Made by a program: the position numbers and the translations under genes. Positions 11,042 to 21,378 of a stretch of DNA of 64,000 nucleotides are shown here, piece by piece. The notes beneath the pieces are model-generated. The model searched no databases and was not told the origin of the DNA. It saw nothing but the letters and a program-made list of their open reading frames with translations. The DNA is from a bacterium (GTDB lineage: Bacteria; UBA8248). Every line of letters begins with the position of its first letter. Position 1 is the first letter of the stretch. The stretch covers positions 64,001-128,000 of the forward strand of contig CBDATS010000002.1 of the NCBI GenBank assembly GCA_965200245.1. Reading direction: 5' to 3'.

Positions 11042-11326
11042 ATGGAGACAAGCCTTTGGGGAGGAAAGGCGACGACAGATCAAACATTTCCTTTAAAAGA
11101 CGAATTTAAATTCTACATTGATCACCAATCCGAATTGGCAGAACAATATGAAGGAAAGTATATCGTTATCAAGGACAGAAAAGTGATTGGTGAGTATGAT
11201 GAACAAATGGAAGCAATTGAAACCACTACCGAGGAACACGAATTAGGCACGTTCCTTGTGCAAAAATGCGATCCCGATCCAGAAAGCACCCTACAGACAT
11301 TTCATTCACGAGCATACTTTTCCTAG
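11042..11326 (+). CDS. DUF5678-like small protein
   Basis: FYIDHQSELAEQYEGKYIVIKDRKVIGEYD...GTFLVQKC pattern. Lies directly upstream of the aspartyl protease remnant. Confidence 0.6.
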   Translation: METSLWGGKATTDQTFPLKDEFKFYIDHQSELAEQYEGKYIVIKDRKVIGEYDEQMEAIETTTEEHELGTFLVQKCDPDPESTLQTFHSRAYFS

Positions 11327-11697
11327 ATGCAGGAATCACAAGCTTCAGCTTTTACGGCATCTTCAAACGGTCTCAAAAAAGTCCTTGTCAATGAGGTTGA
11401 AGTAACGACCGCTGATCAGCCTTCCGATGGTTCTCCTGCGCCTGAATTCAAAACTTGCAACGGGATTTGGGATACGGGGCTACTGCAACTGTAATTGCAA
11501 GGCGCATAGTCGATGATTGCGACCTCACATTTCGGATACCATCACAATCAAAAATAGATTTTGTCAAAGAACTTCGAATGGACTCTATAATAAAGGGAAA
11601 AGGCTCCGAAAAAAACGACCTAAGTCACGAGGGAAATAACCGAGACTCCCGATGGATAAATGGAAAACGAGAAGATGAAGTTGCTGATCGCCGATGA
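11327..11697 (+). pseudogene. Retropepsin-like aspartyl protease remnant
   Basis: ATG immediately follows the DUF5678 stop. GIWDTG then ATATVI continues in a shifted frame (G4 at 11476-11479). The middle is missing before C-terminal TFRIPS..IDFV. Confidence 0.6.
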
Positions 11698-11781
11698 CTC
11701 CGCAGGAAACCGGGACAGTTTTCGGGCCAAGCGATTCGAGCGCTGTGCATCCGCTCGATCGACATTCCCGAACAGCGCCTC

Positions 11782-12033
11782 TCAGATCATCCCGCCCACG
11801 AAACCCTGTCTTCGAATTCTGGCGATCGGTTCGAGACGCGCCTTCTTTGAACGGCATTCCCGGCAACGCAGAAGGGGCGCAAGATCCTCCACGCGCATCC
11901 CGCGATGGACCCTTCCCATCCCCGACCGGGCCAGGAGGTCGGCGGGCTCCAGGGTCGTCTCCCGGCCGCAGGTCTCGCACACCACAATGAAATACCACTC
12001 TCCTTCCGCATAATCGCCCAGGGAAAGCGCCAC
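11782..12033 (-). CDS. Small Zn-ribbon protein (CxxC...CxxC)
   Basis: GTG overlaps the dinB TAG (TAGTG). 83 aa with CETC and CREC. Confidence 0.6.
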   Translation of the reverse strand: MALSLGDYAEGEWYFIVVCETCGRETTLEPADLLARSGMGRVHRGMRVEDLAPLLRCRECRSKKARLEPIARIRRQGFVGGMI

Positions 12034-13271
12034 TACTGGAAACCCTCCAGTTGTGGAATGCGGCCATACGCAATCTTCGCCCCCGCGTAACCGCCTGGAG
12101 GCGCACACCCGCCGTAGCCGACGAGGGTGCGTGCATAGCGACGGTTGATCGAATCGACGGCAGCGCTCAGCCTCGCCCGCCGGCATCCCTCGTCCGGCAT
12201 TCCAGATGACATTTCGAGTTGCGCTTCCTCCGAGGGGAAGAGCCGGTCGAACGACACGGCAACCCGGAACAGGGTGGCCCGTCTCCGCGCGGTGGCGAGA
12301 CCGGCCCACAGCACCGAGAGAGCCTCGAGACAGGTCAGATCATCGTTCGCCCTGGCAACGAATCCCGAGTCCGTCCAGGAGGGACCACCGAGACAATCAA
12401 CCGAAAGAGTGAGCCTCCGGGCGAGGAACCCCTCCCGGCGCAGGCGCCGGGCCGCCTTCACCACCAGTTTCCTGGCCATCGGCCGGGCAGCCGGCACGCT
12501 GCGCTCTCCAGGTGGCAGGACCCGGCCGTGGCCGATCGAGGCGCGTTTCGTCACCGGCGGTTCGACGGCATAGCCGTGGAGTGCGTACCAGAAGCGCGCG
12601 CCGGCCACGTTGCCCCAGAGCGAACGCAGCCGGGCGGGGTCAGCGTTCCACACGTCCGCGACCGTCGCCATTCCACCCCGTTTCAAACGCGCGTGCATGC
12701 CCTTCCCCACTCCGGGAAGCGCTTTCAGTTCAAGACCGAGCAGGGGGCCCGGCAGGTCGCCGGGATACAGCACCGTGAGGCCGTCCGGTTTGTCCATGCC
12801 TGCCGCTATCCTGGCGAGCCACCTGTTGGGCGCACAGCCGACCGAGCAGGTGATGCGCTCCCCCACGGCTGCACGCACGCGGCTCTTGATTCGTCCCGCG
12901 ACCTCCCCGGGGCAGTCCCGCTTCCCCAGAGTGGCGGCGAACTCGTCAATCGAGCAGACAAGGTCAACCGGCAAGACGGAGAGCACCGCCGCCATGATCC
13001 GGTGGTGTACCCACACATAGAGGTCCGGACGCTGCGGCGTGAGAACTATCCGGGGACATAACCGCCGCGCCTCGGCGATCGAGGTCCCGGTCCTGACATC
13101 GAACCGCTTGGCCACGGCGTTGGCAGCGAGCACGCAGCTGTTGCGCGCCCCCACAAATGGGATGACCCCAACGGGACGGCCGTGCAGACCGGTGTTCGCC
13201 TGCTCCTCGCAGGATGCAAAAAAGCCGTCGAAATCGATATAGAGGTGCCTGGGTTCGGTCGGTCGGCGCAT
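12033..13271 (-). CDS. dinB: Y-family DNA polymerase (DinB/UmuC-like)
   Basis: YIDFDGFFAS, CSIDE, ARIAAGMDKPDGL and LPGVGK motifs. Catalytic acidic residues are retained. Confidence 0.85.
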   Translation of the reverse strand: MRRPTEPRHLYIDFDGFFASCEEQANTGLHGRPVGVIPFVGARNSCVLAANAVAKRFDVRTGTSIAEARRLCPRIVLTPQRPDLYVWVHHRIMAAVLSVLPVDLVCSIDEFAATLGKRDCPGEVAGRIKSRVRAAVGERITCSVGCAPNRWLARIAAGMDKPDGLTVLYPGDLPGPLLGLELKALPGVGKGMHARLKRGGMATVADVWNADPARLRSLWGNVAGARFWYALHGYAVEPPVTKRASIGHGRVLPPGERSVPAARPMARKLVVKAARRLRREGFLARRLTLSVDCLGGPSWTDSGFVARANDDLTCLEALSVLWAGLATARRRATLFRVAVSFDRLFPSEEAQLEMSSGMPDEGCRRARLSAAVDSINRRYARTLVGYGGCAPPGGYAGAKIAYGRIPQLEGFQ

Positions 13272-13551
13272 AGCTCACCTAGGTGAATAAAAAGCGAATA
13301 TACCGCAGTATGGGCAAGCCATGCAAGACAAAAATCGACAAAACCAAGGCGCGTGGCTACAATCCCGATATCAGGAACCCCCGTACAACGGAGGCAGAAC
13401 CCGGCGACCCCGAGACGCTGCTGGGCGAATTGTCTCCTGCCGGGGCGGAGGTAGCCACACTGCGCGAGCGGCTGAAGAAGACGCTGGCGGAGACGTTGTT
13501 ACGATAACATCCAGAAGGCGCGGCACTGGCCGTTCAGCGGGAGACTCGGAT

Positions 13552-13863
13552 ATGCACGCCGCAATCGCTGACAAGCGGGAAGAGCTGGTCGAACTCTGCC
13601 GGCGTCACGGCGTGATCCGGCTGGAGGTTTTTGGTTCCGCCGCCCGTGGTTCGGATTTCGACCCGGAGACCAGCGACGCCGATTTTCTCGTGGAATTTGG
13701 CCCCACGGACGGTCCCCGGACGCTCGGCCAGTATTTCGACTTCAGGGATGCCTTGCGCCATGCGCTTGGCCGCCCAGTCGATCTGGTTGAAGCGGGCGTG
13801 ATCCGCAATCCATACCTGCGCGCTGCCATCGACAAGCCGCGTGAGCTTGTCTATGCATCGTGA
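13552..13863 (+). CDS. MNT (minimal nucleotidyltransferase) antitoxin
   Basis: LCRRHGVIRLEVFGSAARG.DFDPETSDADFLVEF...GRPVDLV. GGAG RBS. Confidence 0.85.
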   Translation: MHAAIADKREELVELCRRHGVIRLEVFGSAARGSDFDPETSDADFLVEFGPTDGPRTLGQYFDFRDALRHALGRPVDLVEAGVIRNPYLRAAIDKPRELVYAS

Positions 13864-14098
13864 CCTTCGCGTCCTGTTGATGGATATCGAACAGGCTGGT
13901 GCCGACATCAAGCGCTTTACGGAAGGCGCGACATTCGGCGGCTATCTCGAAGACACGATGATGCAGGCGGCGGTCGAGCGCAAGTTCGAGATCATCGGCA
14001 TGCGAAATCATCTGAGGCGGGCAACTCCGACATCCCCTCAAGAAGACGATTCCACTCCGGTTCATCAATCAGCCGGGGCGGTATCTGCGAACGGATGA
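13853..14098 (+). pseudogene. Truncated HEPN (DUF86) toxin
   Basis: MHRDLRVLLMDIEQAGADI...MQAAVERKFEIIG jumps to MRNHLR and then unrelated sequence. An internal deletion is likely and the RxxxxH motif is not intact. Confidence 0.7.
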
Positions 14099-14202
14099 AC
14101 GTGTCGAGAACAGAGGCAAAACCGTCATATCCCGTACGTTTCATCTGGATTTCCCGACCCCACAATCCGGCGCGGAAAAACCGGAAGGAGCCCGAGGTTT
14201 CG

Positions 14203-14463
14203 CTATGCCCCCCAATAACCATCACCATAGCTACCGCGAGCGTCTCCCAACTGTTCCTCAGTGAGCCGGGACGCAGGCGGAAGGACGAGATAGCCGTTCT
14301 CGGCGTCGTCTTCCATCACATGCAGGTTGAAATTCTCCGGCATCGTTATCCCGAACTCCTCGGATACCACGGCCTTCGGTTCAGACATCAGACGGGCACG
14401 GAACTCCTCACTGTCGCCTGCCTTCCCGATCAGGTGCTCGTGCATCTCGGTAACGGATTTCAT
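14203..14463 (-). CDS. NHLP (nitrile hydratase-like leader) RiPP precursor, predicted core YGDGYWGA
   Basis: Leader LIGKAGDSEEFRARLMSEPKAVVSEEFGITMP...LHVMEDD...LVLPP...LTEEQL..ARGS matches NHLP leaders. Strong GAGGAGAGGAG RBS. Confidence 0.8.
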   Translation of the reverse strand: MKSVTEMHEHLIGKAGDSEEFRARLMSEPKAVVSEEFGITMPENFNLHVMEDDAENGYLVLPPASRLTEEQLGDARGSYGDGYWGA

Positions 14464-14537
14464 CCTGGTCTCCTCTCCTCGATAAATGTGTTTGAGTGGA
14501 TACCCCCGATGCTTTTTTGCATTGTTGTCATGAACAG

Positions 14538-14565
14538 ATTATAGAATACCCCGACGGGGAAGCAA
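14538..14565 (-). promoter_or_regulatory. Sigma70-like promoter for the NHLP precursor
   Basis: Minus strand TTGCTT-N16-TATAAT about 75 nt upstream of the start codon. Confidence 0.45.
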
Positions 14566-15004
14566 GAAATTTTGGGTAATCATAACCCGAAGCCGACAAA
14601 TTTCTGTGCCGCGATGCTCTTTTTGTTGAAGCGGTTGTCAATGCGAACAGGCTTCCCACGAAAACGCGCCTCACACGCTTGTCCTTGGATCCCCGGGATT
14701 TTCCGAAAAGTCTGTGCCTAGCTCATGGAGATGTCTCGATTCTTCCGGAAACTTCGATCCGGGAGTGGGCATCAATCCTGATGGCAACCACCAGAATGTC
14801 TGACAGGAAGAACCCGGACTCCGCCCATTGACATGGCATGTTCCCGTATCGCTGGCCCCTGCCCTGCTGAACCGACTGGATCGGGAAGATCGGCTCGCGG
14901 GCGGTCATTCCGGGAATCAAACACGAGAGTGTCGGGTTCCGCCGATTTGCTGATGCAATTCCGGCGCGACCCTGGAAATCTTCCTGCTGATTTCGAGGAT
15001 TTCG

Positions 15005-15135
15005 TCTTGCGACCGTCTCGTTTCATGTTGCGGGTAATGGCCTGCGCGATGAGCAGGGCGATGGTGTTGGAGAAACTCGGTTGGGGGACTGCCGAGCGCT
15101 TGATGCGGATGCAGGCAAGTTACGATTTTGCGTAA
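15005..15135 (+). pseudogene. HigA-like antitoxin C-terminal fragment
   Basis: LEKLGWGTAERLMRMQASYDFA resembles the HigA C-terminus. Confidence 0.5.
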
Positions 15136-15285
15136 GCGCGAGCGCGCTGCGCGACGGTAGCCATGTTGAGATCTGCCATTCAGGCCCGAACACCACCTCC
15201 GGCAGTCCGCTCTTGACGCTCTTTACAGGGATGGAAACCCACTGATACATTAACTTCCGCGAATTGTTGCAATTGAAAGGTTAGC

Positions 15286-17426
15286 ATGCATCTCGAGAAC
15301 ATTGATTTCCTGCAATTGCTCAACGGTGATGTCCAGTATGTCGTACCTCGCTGGCAACGTCGCTACTGTTGGGGACAAGCCGACATTGAGCGGCTTGTCG
15401 ATGACCTGATTGCGGTCGCTGCCGCGGGAGACGACGCCACTCACTATGGGGGCACCCTCCTCACTTTCCCGGAACCGCGGGCGGCGGGTGTTCTGAGGAC
15501 CATTCGTGTCGTCGACGGCCAGCAGAGGCTCACAACGGTGAGCATCCTGCTCGCATGCATTGCAACAAATCTCGAACGAGATGGCTCATGTCGTGATTGG
15601 ACAGCAGAAATCATTCGCGAGCGGCGATTGACCAATCCCCATATGGAGTCAGAGAAACGCCTCAAATTGCAGCTGCAAACCAGAGACGAGGATGAATATC
15701 GCCGTGGTCTCGATGGTAGTCCCGAAGGAACCGGTGCGGTTGCTCAGGCTTGGCGGATTGCGCGGCGCTTGGTCGATCTGCACGATACGGATTCGCTACT
15801 ACTGGGCCTTGAACGGCTCCAGGTGGTCAGCATCGGCCTTGACACCACGGACGACCCGCAACAGATATTTGAGAGTTTGAACGCCACGGGTCGTCCGCTC
15901 ACGGAAAGCGAGAAAGTCAAGAACTGGCTCTTGCTCGGACTGCCGGAAAAACAGCAGCGGGAACTTCACGACGAATATTGGCGTAGCATTGAAAAAGCGC
16001 TCGGCGCTGAACACACGACCGAACCCATCGACACATTCCTTAGGGATGTCATGCGCTGGCGCACAGGCGAGGTCCATGGCGGCAACAAGACCTATGAACA
16101 GCTTCGACGCTGGGCGCTGAGGCAAGGGGACGGGAAGAATCGTGCCGAAATTTGCCGCGATCTGGCATGTCTCGCGAAACTGTATGGAATTCTGACCGGC
16201 ACAGCGGCGAAATTCTCCGACAAGAAAGTTGACAAGGAGATCAGGCATCTGCGGGCGTTGGGACTGGATGTCCACCGTCCGCTGACGTTGCGGCTGCTCC
16301 ATGAGACTTCCGATACCGATTCGACATCTGTGGCGAACTCCGATCTGGCGAAAACCCTCGCAGGAATTGGAGCTTGGATCACGCGCCTATGGCTGGCCGA
16401 TAGGCCAACGGCCGGACTGAACAAGGCCATGGCGGAACTTGCCTATAGTGCTGCTGGACCCGGCGAGAGAGAGGATTATACGGAGTATTGGCTCGATCAG
16501 ATACGCAGCCTTCGAAACCAACGCATCGGTGTTCCAAGAGACGAAGAAGTTCGCGAAGGCATGCGTATGCGTCCAGCCTATGGGGGTGGAGTTACTCAAT
16601 CCACATTTGCCGTTCTTTGCGAACTGATGGAAGCGGAACATCCTGACGAGGCGCCGGCACGCTGTCGTCTGACAGTCGAGCATGTGATGCCGCAGAAGCT
16701 CACGAACGAATGGAAACTCTATCTCGGAGAAAACGCTGAGGAAATACATGAGCGGTATTGCCATCGGTTCGCGAACTAACCCTGAGCGGAGACATTTCCA
16801 ACGCCAGCATGGGTGCAAATACCTTCGCTTCTAAACAGGAGATATACCGCAACAGTTCGATTGGAATGACGAGAAGACTCGCTGAAGAGAATGCATGGAA
16901 TGAGGCAACTCTCGAACGACGCGCCGAAGACATCGCTCGACGGGCTCTCGACCGCTGGCCGTGGTCCGACCATGGAACTCAGGCAGACGCAAATTGGTCA
17001 GATGGCGCATCCGTGACGGAGCGATTCTGGAGAATTTTCAAGGAAATCACGGGTGGTGTTCCGGGACAGAAGGAAACCTGGCGTCACCGAAATCTGTGGA
17101 CGAAACCCTGCAATTCGTCAGGTGACTGTATCGGCATTTACGTCGGCATTGAGTATGAGGTAGCCTGGCTCTACGTCTTGGCGGGTGATCAGCAATCGGC
17201 AAACAAGACGGTACGAAGTCGGAAACTCTCGCGACTTATTTGCGACTCAATGTCGGGTCAGGAGATTTCCGGCGACCTGGAGAAAGAAAGCGAGTCCGGG
17301 AGAACTGTGTGCGTCAAGCGGCACTGGCCCACCGATGATGAAGATGAATGGCCGGAAACTGCGAGATGGATCAAGGCTCAATACGACAGACTGCAGGGGA
17401 TTTTAGCGAATTCATCCATCGAATGA
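15286..17426 (+). CDS. GmrSD-like type IV restriction endonuclease (DUF262 + DUF1524 HNH + C-terminal DUF4268-like domain), frameshifted
   Basis: PRWQRRYCW, DGQQRLTT, IFESLNATG and EHVMPQ motifs. One missing base at about 16776 (GCGAACTAACC) breaks N-L-T-L; the continuation is in 16758-17426. Confidence 0.8.
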
Positions 17427-17663
17427 CAGAAACGGCACGGTAGGCTGTGAATGTTGTCGCAAGAGTCACTTGGGTAGAAAGTGGCTGCATTGATAGCTGG
17501 CCTGATGGCCAGTTGTACCAAACCGTAGCTGTTACCGGACATCTTGCTCGCGATAATGCTTTCGACTTTCTCATGATCTCGACCAGATATATCCCCATGG
17601 CAGCCACCATCTGAAGGCAGTTGCGTACGGACAAGAACCGAGTATTTCCGGGGAAAATGTTCC

Positions 17664-17692
17664 CGGAGTCAACGGAGTCAACGGAGTCAACG
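17664..17692 (+). repeat. Tandem repeat (CGGAGTCAA)x3
   Basis: Three perfect 9-mers near the IS1634 end. Confidence 0.85.
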
Positions 17693-17739
17693 AGGCTGAG
17701 CCTGCAAATGGGCTACGCTAGTCAGTCTTGAGAAACAGT

Positions 17740-18843
17740 TAGTCTGAAGTTCCCCGGCTATCACGGATTATCCCATTGATTATACTGATTGTTTCGGTGA
17801 ATCAGGAGTTCGTTACCGGGGACAGGATTACAACGACACGCCGGGCAGACGGAAGGCTTCGTCCTGCAGGCCGGCAGGCCGGGTGAGGACCTCGAACGGT
17901 TCGGTTCCGGCCATGCGAGACATGACCCGGTTGCGGGTGATGGTGGCAGGGTCGGCGAGCAGGGTGCGGAAGCTGTGCACAGGCCAGCCCCCGTCGGTGC
18001 GTCTGCGCCGGTAGTGGAACCGGCCCCCGGCGTCGACCCGCCACGCGAAGTGTCTGGCCACCCTGTACCTGCCGATGACCCTGCCCACCCGCGCGCCGAT
18101 CCTGTCTTTCCCCTCAGGCGCCGCTTCTCCCGCCGCGTCGCCGCAGCGATGGGTTCCGGCAGTTTCTCCGTAGCTTCCGGCAGGGTCTCCCGCCTGCGCG
18201 CACGCTCCCCGGCCAGCAGCGGATTGCGGCAGACCATCAGCCGTTCGCCGGGGTACGCGTCGCTGTGGACCTCCACGAGGTCCTTCCCGTCGAACAGGGA
18301 CAGCGCCACGGGGCAGCCGTCCCGGTCGCACGGCAACCCGGATTCGGCAGCCTGCCCTTCCTGCCATCGCGCGAATACCTGCGCTTCGCCAGCGGGCAGT
18401 GGTGTCCTTCCACGCAGATCGGGGTCAGGTCGCAGGGCACCAGGGCGCCTTCTTCGGGATGCCGCCGGGCCAGGCTCCGTTCGATCCGCTTTCAGACCCG
18501 GCTTCCGCAGTGTGCCGGGCACTGCGGCGATATGGCCGTGGGGTCGGGAACACACGATTTCGAAGGCATCGTCGCGACCGGCCAAGGGGTTCGTTCCGCA
18601 GCAGACGGCGCAGGGTGTCGATTTTGCTTTTGGGCCATTTCGAGAGGTTGGCCAGCGTGCGTTCCCTGACTTTCCCGCCCTCACGCCATCCTTCGCGCAG
18701 CAGGATGGCAGGCGGTGAATTCCGGTTGAGGACGGTTTCGATGTACATGGGAACAGTATTTCTGTTTCCACCCACAATATTCCCCATGAAATCAATCGCC
18801 TGAACCCAAAATCAACACAAAATCATCGGGGAACTTCAGGTTA
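17740..18843 (-). mobile_element. IS1634-family element, internally deleted and frameshifted, with terminal inverted repeats
   Basis: MYIETVLNRNSPPAILLREGWREGGKVRERTLANLSKWP, RPHGHIAAV, YPGERLMVCRNPLLA and PVHSFRTLLAD fragments. IRs TAGTCTGAAGTTCCCCG (17740-17756) and CGGGGAACTTCAGGTTA (18827-18843) match at 15/17. Confidence 0.8.
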
Positions 18844-18916
18844 GGAGAACCATGGTGATAAAGACGATAATCAAATCATTGAAGGATATGGTGCTCCTCG
18901 GGGACAGGATCGCCCT

Positions 18917-19267
18917 TCATGAAGTGATCAGTCGCCAAAGATCATGGGCTTCGATTAGAGGTTGGACGTTCTCTAGCGTGTCCCTTCCTGAGGCATGTGC
19001 CATAAACATATCTGGCAACCTCAAAGAGAACAAGACATATTGAACCAAGCCTTGCCCTCGGAATTGTATGCCAACTTGCTCTCGATCCGCGTTCTTCCAT
19101 ATTGCGCGAAAGTTGCCATTGTCCAGAAGAGTGAGGTGCGGCCGCCGCGTTATCGCCAAAGAATAGAGAAATGACCATAAATCTTTCTCGGAGTCGTTCG
19201 ATATTTCAAGTCCTTCATTAGCAGCGATGTCTTTCAGACTATCGAGTCGAGTTTGAATCTCCTGCAC
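18917..19267 (-). CDS. Hypothetical protein
   Basis: 116 aa with perfect AGGAGGT RBS. Overlaps (ATGA) a short downstream start, MKGDPVPEEHHILQ*, lying next to the IS. Confidence 0.6.
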   Translation of the reverse strand: MQEIQTRLDSLKDIAANEGLEISNDSEKDLWSFLYSLAITRRPHLTLLDNGNFRAIWKNADREQVGIQFRGQGLVQYVLFSLRLPDMFMAHASGRDTLENVQPLIEAHDLWRLITS

Positions 19268-19751
19268 GTATCACCTCCTAAACTCCCCCATCATTTGATA
19301 TCCTTTTCGATATAGTGTATAATAAGTAATAAGTGTTGTCTGGCTTGGTGGGTGAATGGGTGGGATCGGAGGACGGAGATTAAGGTGAAGGATTCGTAAG
19401 GACACGACGTTCCGCCCAACGCGTCAGTTCTATGGCGAAGTTCGGAAAGGTTTCGGGTACAACAAATATGCGTTCGGAACTCCAAATAATCCCCGTGGGT
19501 ACGCTTCGACCCTATGGTATAATATTATACTTGAGATTCTTTACGGCATCCTCGTTCCACTTCAATGCCTCTTCGAAGCCTGCCATCTTGACATCCACGA
19601 CTGAGGTGCCACGCTTCCGCTGTCCTATTTCTATGGCCTTCAACGGGATTGCACAACGCAATCCTTCAGGACTATGATCACCAAACCAGACACATCAGAG
19701 TCTCACCCTGATTGTCGCTGCGTCTCATCCAGATTGTCGCGCTATAAGTTC

Positions 19752-20606
19752 ATGCCGTCGTCCATCTTGCCTTCCTTGCTTGCAGCCACCGCCAAGTTCG
19801 GGGTTCTCGCGGCGCTGGTGTCGCGTCTCGTTTTCGGCCTGTCGCCTCCGGTATCGGCGGGGCAAGGCTGCACCGACGGCCAGCGCGTCCTCAATGTCGG
19901 TTTCTACGCCTTTTGCGCGCCGGTCAGCTACAGCGCCGATCCGGATCCGGCCGCCGTTGGCTTCCATTCGCATCAAGGCTACGAGGCGGATCTGCTGACC
20001 GCTCTCGAGGCCATGAAAGACGCGGGGCTGTCATTTTCCCGCCGTCCAATTGGTTTGTGGGAAGGCATCTGGTCGAGGCCGGCGCGCACGCGCGACGACA
20101 TCACCGGCGGCGGCATCACGATCCTCGATTCCCGGACCCGCGACTCGACGGGTAAGCGCGTCGTCATGTTCACCGCCGGCCACATTGCGTTCCACCAATC
20201 GCTTCTCGTGCGTGCTGCAGAGGCCGCGAGCCTGGCCAGCTATGATGCGCTGACCAGCGGTGTGCGCGTCGGTGTCCTCGCCGGCACGACGGGGGGGGGG
20301 GGGGGGGGGGGAGCCGCCTGTTGCAACTAACGGGGCTCTCCGACGCCAACGGCATCCTCGCTGCCGGCGTGCGCATTGAGACGCCGAGCGGCCAAGTGGT
20401 CGCCGACGGCAGCGCCTCGCCAAGATTGGCGGCGCGGCGGCGGCTTTGCACTCGCCACAGAAGACTGGGCACTGGCGTCGTGCATCGACCGGAAGATCGC
20501 ATGGCTGACCGACAACCGTCGTATCGGTTTCCCGGAATGGCTGGACGACCCCACGGTGTTCATGAGACGCGCCCGGCTGTGGAACAAGGCCGAACGCCAA
20601 CCATGA
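19752..20606 (+). pseudogene. ABC-type amino-acid solute-binding protein (family 3) remnant with a G21 tract
   Basis: Signal-like N-terminus, PVSYS, GYEADLL, GGGITI..R and VGVLAGTTG. G21 at 20291-20311 shifts the frame and further breaks follow. Confidence 0.65.
20291..20311 (+). repeat. G21 homopolymer
   Basis: 21 consecutive G counted in the sequence. Confidence 0.95.
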
Positions 20607-20674
20607 CCCGGGGGCGAGGCAAGCGCTCCGGCCCGCGCCGGGCGCTGTCGGACTGTTGGTTCCCTCCGAAAGTG

Positions 20675-21118
20675 TCAAATCATGCATTCGTCAAGCTGGC
20701 TGGGTAAACCCCTTACAGAATATGAACCGTAGATTTCTGCAAGGCTACCGGAGCCAAGGGCGTTGGGCCACTGCTCCGATAGGATGCTTTCGAAACCGGA
20801 CAGCGCCAAGTCGCCCGGCAGCAAGGAGAGGGACGGTGAAATGCCCTGAACTTCCGGCGAGAGGAGATCGCCGACTTCCGTGAGAGGCTTGACACACTGG
20901 AATATCGTGGCACCGCGATTTTCCGTTTTTCCCCCGTCCCAGATTTCTTCCAGCGTATCTTCATCAAGGAACGCGGCCGTCAGATTGGCCTGCGGATCCA
21001 GATCGCACACGAGAACGGTATGGCCGATTTCAGACAACATCCAGGCCAGATGGCAGGTAAGCAAGGTCTTCCCCACACCGCCTTTGTTGTCAAAAAACGT
21101 GAGAACAGGAACACTCAT
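20675..21118 (-). pseudogene. Truncated ParA/Soj-family ATPase
   Basis: KGGVGKT, DLDPQANLT and LLPGDLALS are present. It ends before Walker B (147 aa). Confidence 0.7.
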
Positions 21119-21378
21119 TTGCTCTTTCCCTTGATGGTAGCCAGCATGAAATCGTCATCCACTTCAAATCGAAGTCCCGGGTTTCCATTGTCGACGAGCG
21201 TCTTTTTCGCACTGGCGATGCCTACCCCGAGGCGTTCACGAAACCAGGTACTTTCATGGCTTTCGCCAGGTTCGGGCTGCGGTAGTCGGTGATCCCGGGT
21301 CGTCGCGAGTTTGCTTCCGCGCGAAAGATACCACCTCGCATACGGCGTCCAGCATGTACCGTAAACGGATTTCGTCAT
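21115..21378 (-). pseudogene. Chimeric remnant: HEPN N-terminus joined to the C-terminus of an AlbA/HATPase-like protein
   Basis: HDEIRLRYMLDA (HEPN start) is followed by shifted fragments RNPNLAKAMK..GFV and GVGIASAKK..NGNP. Confidence 0.4.

Noticed and set aside
13283-13300. GAAT-N6-GAAT upstream of dinB as an alphaproteobacterial LexA box
   Set aside because: Spacing and sequence deviate from GAAC-N7-GAAC, so support is insufficient.
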